From positions 15,163-79,162 of IMG/VR virus record IMGVR_UViG_3300049846_001393: DNA of 64,000 bases, one strand, 5' to 3'. The notes below the pieces were generated by a model. That model ran no database searches, had not been told where the DNA came from, and worked only from the letters and a program-made list of their open reading frames with translations. Below, one piece after another: positions 48,141-56,820 of this stretch. A program made the translations under genes and the position numbers. The stretch is from a virus. Numbering within the stretch: the stretch's first letter is position 1; the number at the start of each line of letters is the position of its first letter.

Positions 48141-49484
48141 ATGGCACAAAAGCCCAAGGGGGTTGCCGACCACCCAGCAAAAGATCTGATGGAACAGATC
48201 TGGAAGTCTGGTGGTCGTGCCAAAGATATCGTTGCTTTCTTGGAGGAGAACTCCCTACCTCTTGTAAAAGAAGCAACTATTGCTCGTTATGGTCAGAGAT
48301 TCTGGAATGAGCAGATCAAGATCACTACAGAGTCTGAATCTCCTGAAGATATTGCTACCACTATAAAAAAGATTGAAGATAGTGGTGTAGCTCGTGTAGT
48401 AAAGCTTTCTCATTCAAAAAAGAAGTATCCTGGATGGGAAAAAATTAATGGTGAAAATATTCAGGTAGAAAAAGAGTCTAACTCTTGGAATATTGATCTT
48501 GTTCCATCTCTACCTGCTCCAGATAAAGCATCTATTGGATCTTTTAAGATTAATGTTAAGGGTGTTAAGAAGCAGTCGAAGCCACATGGCTGGAATGTTG
48601 GGCTTGTTGTGCCTGACCCACAGATCGGATATTTCCGTGATGTGGATGGAAATTTGACGACAACCCACGACGAGGCAGCCCTGAACGTGGTTCATCAAAT
48701 TGGTGTATATCTTAATAACACCTATGGTCTTGACCTTACGGTTATCCTCGGGGACAACCACGACTTCAGTGCTTTCTCTACACATAGAAGCGCACCTGGC
48801 TATACGACCAATACCCAGTTAGAGATTGATCGCTTTGGAACTGAAGTTGCGTTGCAGCGTGAGATTGCTCCTAATGCGGAAATTGTAGTGTTGAGCGGAA
48901 ATCACGACGACCGCCTTAACAAGGCTATCGTAGATAAGCTTCCTGCTCTTGCTGGAATATCTAAAGCAAATAGCAGAGATCCAATCCTTTCAATTGCAAA
49001 TCTTTGTAGATTTGATGAATATGATATTACTTCAATAGAGGCATATCCTGATGGAGAATACTGGGCAAATGAATACCTAAGATTTGAACACGGATCAAAG
49101 GTTTCATCTGCTCCAGGCAGCACTGCTGCAAAATATCTATCAGATCTTAAAGTGTCCACAATCTATGGACACACGCACCGTCAAGAACTGGTATACTCAA
49201 GAATCCGTGGCAGAGGTTGGACAAGACCCATCTTTGCTGGGACACCGGGGACAACAGCAAGAATTGATGGCGTCCTTCCTTCAGGGCAGACCGGAATCAC
49301 ATCGAAGGGTAAGCAGGCTGGAAACTTCACAGAGAAGTGGCAGCAGGGTATCTTTGTGGTCTGGTATCAGCCAGAAGGTGATCAAAAAGCAGTAGTCGAA
49401 CCCGTTCTTATAGAAGAAGGATCTGCCTTCTACAGTGGTCAGATATTTGAGTCCACTGTAAATAAGAACGGGGATGAGTTATGA
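48141..49484 (+). CDS. calcineurin-like metallophosphoesterase with N-terminal extension
   Basis: PDPQ, LGD, GNHD, HG, GHTH motifs. Confidence 0.85.
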   Translation: MAQKPKGVADHPAKDLMEQIWKSGGRAKDIVAFLEENSLPLVKEATIARYGQRFWNEQIKITTESESPEDIATTIKKIEDSGVARVVKLSHSKKKYPGWEKINGENIQVEKESNSWNIDLVPSLPAPDKASIGSFKINVKGVKKQSKPHGWNVGLVVPDPQIGYFRDVDGNLTTTHDEAALNVVHQIGVYLNNTYGLDLTVILGDNHDFSAFSTHRSAPGYTTNTQLEIDRFGTEVALQREIAPNAEIVVLSGNHDDRLNKAIVDKLPALAGISKANSRDPILSIANLCRFDEYDITSIEAYPDGEYWANEYLRFEHGSKVSSAPGSTAAKYLSDLKVSTIYGHTHRQELVYSRIRGRGWTRPIFAGTPGTTARIDGVLPSGQTGITSKGKQAGNFTEKWQQGIFVVWYQPEGDQKAVVEPVLIEEGSAFYSGQIFESTVNKNGDEL

Positions 49485-49765
49485 GTTCAGAAGAGAACGA
49501 AGAAAGCCCCGAAATAATTGATGTAGAAAAGCTTTCAGACCTCGGAACTGGTCTTCATGTAATCACTATTACATTTGATAGTGATCCAGATGTTTTCCCT
49601 GAAGTTCATTTAGGGGATTGTTCACCATGGGTTGCGCTTACAATTCTTAAGCTTGCAATGGAAAGCATAGAAATACTATTACCACCAATTAATGTTTCTT
49701 ATAAAGGCGATACGATTCTTCAGCATTCAAATTTTGAAGATGAACAAGACCAAGAAGATCTATAA
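49481..49765 (+). CDS. acidic hypothetical protein
   Basis: ATGA overlap with the upstream gene. Confidence 0.6.
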   Translation: MSSEENEESPEIIDVEKLSDLGTGLHVITITFDSDPDVFPEVHLGDCSPWVALTILKLAMESIEILLPPINVSYKGDTILQHSNFEDEQDQEDL

Positions 49766-49911
49766 TTCCATACGAGAGAGCCTATTAAACTAATTATAAG
49801 ATTGTGGAAACTAACCAAGGATCACCACTTGACTTAGATCTTGTGGACTCTGATGGTGAAAGTGGAAGCTATCGTAAAATATACTGAAATATATTTTATT
49901 AAAAATCTTCA

Positions 49912-49956
49912 ATAGAAGAGGGATACTAACTATGTTGGTATCCCTCTTCTTTATTT
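49912..49956. terminator. bidirectional terminator between convergent units
   Basis: AGAAGAGGGATACTAAC-TAT-GTTGGTATCCCTCTTCT. Confidence 0.8.
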
Positions 49957-50093
49957 GTAAGATCATAGTAGTCTTTTGGATGATTATAACAATCCTGACA
50001 AAGTCCCATTATCTTAGACGGCTTATAATCTATTTCTCCACAATTAAGACAACACTCATCTTCATCAAGAAACTCTTCAAATTGCCTAGACAT
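49926..50093 (-). CDS. small zinc-finger protein (55 aa)
   Basis: Hand translation MSRQFEEF...CLNCG...CQDC; overlaps the DUF192 stop. Confidence 0.5.
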   Translation of the reverse strand: MSRQFEEFLDEDECCLNCGEIDYKPSKIMGLCQDCYNHPKDYYDLTNKEEGYQHS

Positions 50094-50487
50094 TAAATAC
50101 CTTTAAATTGCTTTTTGGCAGATTACCTGCCAGTGTTTCAACTACATATGTATATGGCTTTGGAGAAAACAGCGGTGCGTTGCTTCCAGCCTTATAAGTA
50201 CCTGACTTGATTAGAACTCCGCTTGAATCAAACCAAGCGATATCAAGATCAAAGCCCATATCCGCAACTGTAAATGGTGTGAATGATGGCTTATCATAAA
50301 AGAACATCATTCCATCAAGATCAAGATATGGAATTGTTGCAAGACCAATAGCTTTCTCTTCTTTATTCATTGCAACATAAACTTCAAGAACCTCTCCGTT
50401 ATCAAAAGAAATATCGATAACATTAAAGTTCTCTAACAACCTTGCTGTCGCAACAGCTGCTTGCATTTTATCTGTCCAATTATTCAT
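50086..50487 (-). CDS. DUF192-family protein
   Basis: GMMFFY, LDIAWFDSSG, YVVETLAG. Confidence 0.75.
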   Translation of the reverse strand: MNNWTDKMQAAVATARLLENFNVIDISFDNGEVLEVYVAMNKEEKAIGLATIPYLDLDGMMFFYDKPSFTPFTVADMGFDLDIAWFDSSGVLIKSGTYKAGSNAPLFSPKPYTYVVETLAGNLPKSNLKVFNV

Positions 50488-50510
50488 AACAATTGATCGG
50501 CATTCAAAAT

Positions 50511-50774
50511 TTATAATTCATAAAATACAGAAATTTTATGAGAACAAAAAAGTGCAGAATCTTCGCCAACCATTAAATAGTTCCTTGCTTGAAAATGGTG
50601 GAATATTGCAGAGTTAGAGCTAATCCAAGCGAAAGTTTCTTTCTTGGAATCCGGAGCGCATCTACACGCCTGCTCAGCAGAGCCAGAACGAATAAAGTCA
50701 AGATCAATATCGCAACCACAGTTTTGGCAAAAAAGATCTATATTTGGGATTCCTGCTGGTTTAGACATCATCAA
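50511..50774 (-). CDS. Cys-rich hypothetical protein
   Basis: CQNCGC...CRC. Confidence 0.45.
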   Translation of the reverse strand: MMMSKPAGIPNIDLFCQNCGCDIDLDFIRSGSAEQACRCAPDSKKETFAWISSNSAIFHHFQARNYLMVGEDSALFCSHKISVFYEL

Positions 50775-51084
50775 AACCTAGCTGAATAGATATATCAGTG
50801 ATTGGATCTGTAACTGTTTTGTTTTCAAAATCAAAAGAAAGAGTTGGAACTATAGCATAGTTTTTTCTTAGACTATAAATATATGTAGCATTACCTACAA
50901 ACTCTGTCCAAACAAGGTTTTCATCAAGCAAAGCAACAAATCCTATTTGATGAACATCATCAATAGATGCTTCATATATATCTTGAATTTTTATAGATAG
51001 TTTTGTTGAACCACAATCTGGACATATACTCATAAAGCTATGGCTAGAGAAATGCTGTCCGCATGTGTGACAAAAAGTAAACAT
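50761..51084 (-). CDS. zinc-ribbon protein
   Basis: CHTC...CPDCGS. Confidence 0.6.
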   Translation of the reverse strand: MFTFCHTCGQHFSSHSFMSICPDCGSTKLSIKIQDIYEASIDDVHQIGFVALLDENLVWTEFVGNATYIYSLRKNYAIVPTLSFDFENKTVTDPITDISIQLGFDDV

Positions 51085-51124
51085 TGTGTGCTAAATTTAT
51101 CTCAAGCACAACAATTTTTATCTT

Positions 51125-51526
51125 ATGAAGAATCAAGATTTCTGGGGATCAGAATTTATAGATGATGGAAACTTCGGGGCAATCAAAGAAGTATTTTCAT
51201 CACTGAAGTATTTGCCATTGGATTTAGTTCTTTATGTTGCTGACCAATCATATCTTGGCCAAATTTGGCTTAGAGATAAAGAGCATATAGAAAATCTTAT
51301 TTTATCTATACAAGCAAATGGGTTTGAAAACCCTGGGCTCATTGACTTCGACAACACTTCTGTAAGGCTCACAGACGGAAACCACAGATTAGTTGCGGCG
51401 CAACACTTGGGTCTGCAATACTTCCCCATCGAACTTCGACAAGTCGATGAAATTAAAGTAAGATCAGTAAGACTATATAACTTCTTCCAAAAAATATTGG
51501 AGTCACAATGGCAGGACCAAAACTAA
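51125..51526 (+). CDS. ParB/Srx-like domain protein
   Basis: SIQANGFENP, DGNHRLVAA. Confidence 0.75.
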   Translation: MKNQDFWGSEFIDDGNFGAIKEVFSSLKYLPLDLVLYVADQSYLGQIWLRDKEHIENLILSIQANGFENPGLIDFDNTSVRLTDGNHRLVAAQHLGLQYFPIELRQVDEIKVRSVRLYNFFQKILESQWQDQN

Positions 51527-51798
51527 AAAAGAATGTTCCATTCCAGCCTTCAGGGGATACCACAAGAATAATTTCTCTTGGTGGTGGAACTTGGGCCTAC
51601 CTATTTGATCATCTTGGTAAGACTCAGCATCTTCCACGCAACTCAGAAGAGTTTGCTGCAAAGTGCAAAGAGACTGATGATATTATGAATGGTAAAATTA
51701 CAGCAGAGCTTGAGGCTCTTGGCTGGACTGATGTTATTGAGAGGATGAACGCAGATGTTGAATCACCTGAAGAGTCTGTGGCAGAAGACGCAAACTGA
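51508..51798 (+). CDS. hypothetical protein
   Basis: GGAG RBS, 96 aa. Confidence 0.6.
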   Translation: MAGPKLKKNVPFQPSGDTTRIISLGGGTWAYLFDHLGKTQHLPRNSEEFAAKCKETDDIMNGKITAELEALGWTDVIERMNADVESPEESVAEDAN

Positions 51799-52054
51799 AT
51801 CAGAGCGAATCGCCAATGCGGAACTCCGTCAACGTCGTCGTGAAATCGTTGAGGTAATGCAGGAAAACGCCAAACTGCGTAAACGTATTGACGAACTTGA
51901 GTCTGCAATTCGTGAGCATCGCGACTTTGACCCGATTGAGTCTGCTAAGGTTCAACCTGACCTAGACCGTAAACTTTGGTCTGTGCTAGATTCAGGTCAT
52001 AAGTCTTGGGAAGAATATAAAGCTGAACATAATAATTTTAGAGTAGATCTTTAA
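51755..52054 (+). CDS. coiled-coil hypothetical protein
   Basis: 99 aa. Confidence 0.5.
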   Translation: MLNHLKSLWQKTQTESERIANAELRQRRREIVEVMQENAKLRKRIDELESAIREHRDFDPIESAKVQPDLDRKLWSVLDSGHKSWEEYKAEHNNFRVDL

Positions 52055-52063
52055 GGGGAATCA

Positions 52064-52171
52064 GTGAATACAACACTTCTATTTTTTATTATTGGTTTCA
52101 CATCATCTTTGGTAGGTTTTGCAGCGGGATACTTTGCTGGTGATAAGGCTGCTGAGATAAATGAGCGATGA
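52064..52171 (+). CDS. small membrane protein (35 aa)
   Basis: GTG start after AAGGGG; single hydrophobic helix. Confidence 0.45.
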   Translation: MNTTLLFFIIGFTSSLVGFAAGYFAGDKAAEINER

Positions 52172-52472
52172 TAATATGTATCCCATGTATCCAGTTAGCG
52201 ATAATGAGCGTGGGCAATTAGCTAATATGCTTCGTAGTTATGGTGAGGCATCACGGAATATCAGTCCGTTAGTTGGCTTAAAGTTACCACCTTATGTAGC
52301 AGAAAAATTTTTTCGTGCTGCTGACCTATTAGATATTGATAATGGTGTGGATATAGTTTCCGATGCTCTACGCCACTTTGCAGAACGTGCACTTTCCTGC
52401 TGGGAAGGTTCCGATGCTGATGAAGCAATCGAAGTAATGAATCAGGCTGCTAGCATACTTGATAAAAATTAG
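52161..52472 (+). CDS. hypothetical protein
   Basis: 103 aa. Confidence 0.55.
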   Translation: MSDDNMYPMYPVSDNERGQLANMLRSYGEASRNISPLVGLKLPPYVAEKFFRAADLLDIDNGVDIVSDALRHFAERALSCWEGSDADEAIEVMNQAASILDKN

Positions 52473-52477
52473 ATCGT

Positions 52478-52553
52478 GTGATGGTGGTGTAAGGAAAACA
52501 CAGTCTATTTCCGATAGAAAACTGCTGGGATCGGCACTCAGCCCATCACTCCA
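52478..52553 (+). tRNA. non-canonical tRNA-Gly(UCC) with encoded CCA
   Basis: Acceptor GTGATGG/CCATCAC, U73, CCA; D-stem GTGT/ACAC; anticodon loop TT-TCC-GA; T-arm GCTGGG-ATCGGCA-CTCAGC lacking TTC. Confidence 0.8.
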
Positions 52554-52561
52554 AGGTTGAT

Positions 52562-53188
52562 ATGAGAAAAGTAAGATTAGGTTTAGAAAAAGATATTGAT
52601 GAAATCCAAAATATCTATAATCATAAAGATAATAGAGAATTTTTGGGTGGATTTACAATGAGAGATCCGATCTCAGCAAAAGTTGCTCTTGGCTCTGAAA
52701 TCGTTGTCGAAGAAGACGGCAAAATAGTTGGCGCCGATCAGTGCGGGTTTGACCATAGCCATAGATGGAGACACCAGTTAGTTGGGGTATATCCAGAATT
52801 TAAGCGCCAAAGAATTGCAACATCTATGTATGTCTTCTCTATGCTTAAAGCAATGCTTAGTGGAAGATTTATAATGCACGATTATATTGTTTCAGACAAT
52901 TGCATAATGCCAATACTTCTTCCAACAATTGGATACAAATTAGAAGCAACGCAAAGATCTAAAGTCAGAAGACATAAAGATATTAGTCACTGGGTTAAAG
53001 AAATGACTGAAGAATCTTTTTTAGAATCTTTGCAAAGAGTTCCATCTAATTATGAATTTATTTTATCTGATAATGATAAATATCTTGCAAATTTTAAAAA
53101 ACTAATTAATGAACTTGAAAATCAAGATTTGATAAATCAGGTTACTGAAAATCGAAAATTTGCTTTAAAGTTTTTGGATATAAAATGA
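52562..53188 (+). CDS. GNAT-fold acyltransferase
   Basis: VRLGLEKDIDEIQNIY, VVEEDGKIVG, VGVYPEFKRQRIA, DN...IGY. Confidence 0.75.
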   Translation: MRKVRLGLEKDIDEIQNIYNHKDNREFLGGFTMRDPISAKVALGSEIVVEEDGKIVGADQCGFDHSHRWRHQLVGVYPEFKRQRIATSMYVFSMLKAMLSGRFIMHDYIVSDNCIMPILLPTIGYKLEATQRSKVRRHKDISHWVKEMTEESFLESLQRVPSNYEFILSDNDKYLANFKKLINELENQDLINQVTENRKFALKFLDIK

Positions 53189-53871
53189 TTGCTATATTTC
53201 CATTGCAAACAAATTATTTTTCTGATTTTGTGGATACTTCTTTCATTAAAAGCGCTAGATCGCTTATAAAAAAGAATCTACCGAGCATCCTGACTGCAGT
53301 TGATACTGAAACAAAAGAATATGCAACTATGGGTTGGAGAAGTAGAAGAACTAGCCATGCTTGCGAAATTACATACTTCGGCCATCAAAGAGATGATCTA
53401 CTAATAGAAGTATCTAAAAGTCTAATTCTATGCTCTATTCTTGAGGGAAGAAAAAGAATAGAAATATATAATGAGTTTGAAGATATAAATGAAATATTTG
53501 AAAAAGCTGGATTTGTAAATGAGGGATTTCATCCAAAGTTTACAAAAGATTTTTTAGATGTTACTGTCTTTGGATTCGTTCCATCTATAGATGGGCTACC
53601 TTCTTTGGGCTCTGAAACTTTTGCAAATTTTGTAATATCTAATGATGTTCTTATTTATAGAAATAAAAATTTTGATCTTTATAAAAAAGATAAAGATTGG
53701 GATAGATTATCTAACTCTAAATTAACTTTTGGAGAAGAGTTAAGTAGAGAAATTTCTGAAATTGAATCAACTGCAAATATTAATATACTTAATATTCCAA
53801 AATGGTCTGGTGATTCTAATAAATCTGATATAGCTTACAAACCAGAAGATTTTTATGTCAATAACAAGTAA
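53185..53871 (+). CDS. divergent GNAT-like protein
   Basis: IFEKAGFVNEG RimJ/RimL-like motif; ATGA-coupled to the first GNAT. Confidence 0.5.
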   Translation: MIAIFPLQTNYFSDFVDTSFIKSARSLIKKNLPSILTAVDTETKEYATMGWRSRRTSHACEITYFGHQRDDLLIEVSKSLILCSILEGRKRIEIYNEFEDINEIFEKAGFVNEGFHPKFTKDFLDVTVFGFVPSIDGLPSLGSETFANFVISNDVLIYRNKNFDLYKKDKDWDRLSNSKLTFGEELSREISEIESTANINILNIPKWSGDSNKSDIAYKPEDFYVNNK

Positions 53872-54334
53872 AGATATTAAATGGCTTAAAGCTTGTATAT
53901 CCTGTGCTGAAATCTTTGCTACTTGTGCTAAGGCCCAATTCTGGTGCTTCATCGTAGAAGAGAATGGTTATGGCCGCATAATCGGTCAAGGCTACAATGG
54001 TGTCCCAGCAGGAATGAAGCACTGCGTAGATGGTGGCTGTCCACGCTGGATCAACAAAGTCCCACATGGAACACCATACGATTATGGCGATGGTCTTTGC
54101 TACAGTTCACACGCTGAAGTTTCAGCCCTTGCCCACGGTGATGGCTCTCGCTACAAAGGTTCTACGCTTTATGTCAACGGGCCACCCTGCCTAACTTGCG
54201 CCAAGTCTGTGGCTGCTGCAGGAATCCGTAGGATTGTATGCCTATCCGAATCAGATAGATTGCATACCGATGTGACCGAGGCGTTTCTAGCCGCTGCTGG
54301 CGTAGAACTGGAGTATGTAAGTGATCTCAGCTAA
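53855..54334 (+). CDS. dCMP deaminase
   Basis: GYNG, HAE, PCLTC. Confidence 0.9.
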   Translation: MSITSKDIKWLKACISCAEIFATCAKAQFWCFIVEENGYGRIIGQGYNGVPAGMKHCVDGGCPRWINKVPHGTPYDYGDGLCYSSHAEVSALAHGDGSRYKGSTLYVNGPPCLTCAKSVAAAGIRRIVCLSESDRLHTDVTEAFLAAAGVELEYVSDLS

Positions 54335-55121
54335 AGTAATTGCTGACTCAATCTCTCCGCAAGGAAATAGATTGACAACTATGGAATGTACCTTTCATAG
54401 GTTCATTCTTCCAGAAGTAAACACATATCGAATGTGGTCACGCAATGCTGCTAGCAGTCGTGCAATTCCACTAAAGCGTCGTATTGAAGAAGTTCGATCA
54501 AATCCCGCTATACCCGTCCATTGGGGCAAGAATCAGCGTGGTATGGTTGCAGAGACTACTCTAGATCCAGATAGTGAAACAATGGCACACTATCAATGGA
54601 TTAAGGCTGCAAATAATGCAGCAGATGTTGCTGAAGAACTTGATAATCTCAATCTTCATAAGCAGGTGGCTGCAAGAATTCTTGAGCCATTCCTTTGGCA
54701 TACATCTGTTATAGCATCAACAGATTTCGAGAACTGCTTCTCTCAGCGAATCCATCCTGATGCACAGCCAGAGTTTCAACTTCTAGCAATTGAAATGAAA
54801 AAAGCGTTAGACTCTTCTAAGCCCGAACAACTTGGTTACAACGAATGGCATCTACCGTATGTCAGTCGTGCAGAGCAGATCTTGACACTTGAAACCAAAA
54901 AGAAAATCTCTGTTGCCCGTGTCGCCAGATCATCTTATTTAAATCAAAATAAGTCTGATATTGATGCAGATATTTCGCTTTACGAAAGACTCATTAGCGC
55001 AGAGCCGCCACACCTTTCACCTTTTGAAATGGTTGCAACTCCAGCAATTGGTAGTGCGCCAATTCCAGGAAATTATAATGGCTGGCATCAGCTTCGTCAT
55101 TCAATATCAATAAATCGATAA
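54321..55121 (+). CDS. thyX: flavin-dependent thymidylate synthase
   Basis: SRNAASSRAIP, HKQVAARILEPF, AQPE, HLSPFE. Confidence 0.85.
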   Translation: MISAKVIADSISPQGNRLTTMECTFHRFILPEVNTYRMWSRNAASSRAIPLKRRIEEVRSNPAIPVHWGKNQRGMVAETTLDPDSETMAHYQWIKAANNAADVAEELDNLNLHKQVAARILEPFLWHTSVIASTDFENCFSQRIHPDAQPEFQLLAIEMKKALDSSKPEQLGYNEWHLPYVSRAEQILTLETKKKISVARVARSSYLNQNKSDIDADISLYERLISAEPPHLSPFEMVATPAIGSAPIPGNYNGWHQLRHSISINR

Positions 55122-55148
55122 CGTTATTCTCCTAACAAGGAGACTACA

Positions 55149-55559
55149 ATGGCCGTAACTGGTATTTCTTATGATTTAATTATTTCTACAGATCTTAGAG
55201 ATTCTGCTGGACATAAAACAAAAATAGTTAAGTTAAATTCTTTTGATGGAACATACAATACTGGTGGTATTGTTTTAGACCCATCTTGGTTTGATTTTAC
55301 TGAAATAATAGCCATAGTTACGCAGCCAACAAGTGCATACCCTCTTTCTGGAGCTGGTGAGCCTTGGACATTAATTGGCTTTAATCATATAATTAAAGTT
55401 GATCAAGGTATAGCTAATGGTGGTTCTGCAAATGGTGTATCAGAGTGGAGAATTCTTCCATTCATTACCGATGGTACAACATTTAACGAACTTGCAGACG
55501 GACAATCCCTTTCATTCCCTGCTGGTATTGAGCCTGTGGTAATAATTATAGGTTCTTAA
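55149..55559 (+). CDS. hypothetical protein, possibly virion-associated
   Basis: AAGGAG RBS, 136 aa beta-rich. Confidence 0.55.
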   Translation: MAVTGISYDLIISTDLRDSAGHKTKIVKLNSFDGTYNTGGIVLDPSWFDFTEIIAIVTQPTSAYPLSGAGEPWTLIGFNHIIKVDQGIANGGSANGVSEWRILPFITDGTTFNELADGQSLSFPAGIEPVVIIIGS

Positions 55560-56380
55560 AATCTACTAGCAAGTATCTGAACCCAAGTATTGTAGCCGAC
55601 AACTCCGTCTGCAGTTAAGCCTCTATCCTTCTGGAACTGCTTGACCCAACGCTCAGTTGATGCACCAAAATCTCCATCAACTACAAGAACATTTTTCTTA
55701 ACTATAGCGTTAATATTTGATTGCAGATCTTTTACTGCATTACCCTTCATTCCACGTTTAAGTGTCGGCTTCTTTTTTGCTGCTTCTGAAATAGCTTTCA
55801 AAAAGTCATTTGTATTTGGTTTAGGTGGAGCAGGTGGTGGAGTTGGATTTGGTTTTCCTAAAAATACCCTGACCATAGATCGCATCTGATCACCGTCAAC
55901 ACCATAAGCGTCTATCTTACGTCTTGGTGCCCATTCCTTATGCTCACAAACTAGTTCAGGATTAGCACCATGAACTGAGATAAGGGCAGCATGTACCTTC
56001 GCAGCGGTTTCTGTCTGATCTGGACGCCAAGGCTCGGCACCAGTACCAACATTCTCACGCTCCACGCCAAACACACTAGAATTACCTACAAGGCCCCTCC
56101 AGCCACCTAGACCAGCATGGTTAGCTTTACCTGCTGCTACCACGTAACAAGTGTTGTCACGGCCTACAAGGACGTTACAGAGCGGTCCAGGGAGACCAGT
56201 TCGACCATTGACGCAAATGTTCAAACTCGGAGCATTACCATTTCGAGGCCCAGCGGTATGGTGGTCAACAGAACCACGGGGATTAAAAGAATCAGAGCCA
56301 CGGGTCTGCCAACCAGCAACCTCAACAACATTCAAACCAGCAGCACGAAGCCTATCTGCAATACCAAGATCACGACCCAT
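55556..56380 (-). CDS. endolysin: N-acetylmuramoyl-L-alanine amidase, Pro linker, peptidoglycan-binding domain
   Basis: HHTAG, ANHAG, HKEWAPRRKID, DGDFG...DGVVG. Confidence 0.9.
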   Translation of the reverse strand: MGRDLGIADRLRAAGLNVVEVAGWQTRGSDSFNPRGSVDHHTAGPRNGNAPSLNICVNGRTGLPGPLCNVLVGRDNTCYVVAAGKANHAGLGGWRGLVGNSSVFGVERENVGTGAEPWRPDQTETAAKVHAALISVHGANPELVCEHKEWAPRRKIDAYGVDGDQMRSMVRVFLGKPNPTPPPAPPKPNTNDFLKAISEAAKKKPTLKRGMKGNAVKDLQSNINAIVKKNVLVVDGDFGASTERWVKQFQKDRGLTADGVVGYNTWVQILASRF

Positions 56381-56528
56381 TGCTCAAAACCTTCCAATCA
56401 TAAACACGCTTCTCAACTGATTCAATGTCAGTTGGTGCAATATCAGCAAACAAAACGAAGCCATCTATATCCTCGTCAGCAAGAGGATCTTCCGTAAAAT
56501 CTAAATCACAACCATCAATATCGTCCAT
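56370..56528 (-). CDS. small acidic protein (52 aa)
   Basis: Hand translation MDDIDGCDLDF...; coupled to both neighbours. Confidence 0.5.
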   Translation of the reverse strand: MDDIDGCDLDFTEDPLADEDIDGFVLFADIAPTDIESVEKRVYDWKVLSNGS

Positions 56529-56815
56529 CATTTCTCCTTAGCAATCTTTCTAGCCAAAAAACCAATAGGATCTAACTTCTTTATAAAATCAAGTTTAGAA
56601 GGAATTAAAACGCCAAAAAGGTGAACTGTAAGAACACCCCATATAGCAATAATTGGCCAACGCTTTTTTGGATGCCTTAACGCATCGCCAAAAGCTTCAC
56701 TCATAGAGCAATAAGGTTGGCCAACTACTTGCTTTTTCTTTAAAAGAAAAATATCAACTATAAATACATAAATTACTAATCCAAACCAAGCAACTCCGCT
56801 TGGACGAACTTTCAT
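56528..56815 (-). CDS. small membrane protein
   Basis: Two hydrophobic segments; upstream of the endolysin. Confidence 0.6.
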   Translation of the reverse strand: MKVRPSGVAWFGLVIYVFIVDIFLLKKKQVVGQPYCSMSEAFGDALRHPKKRWPIIAIWGVLTVHLFGVLIPSKLDFIKKLDPIGFLARKIAKEK

Positions 56816-56820
56816 TTTGA

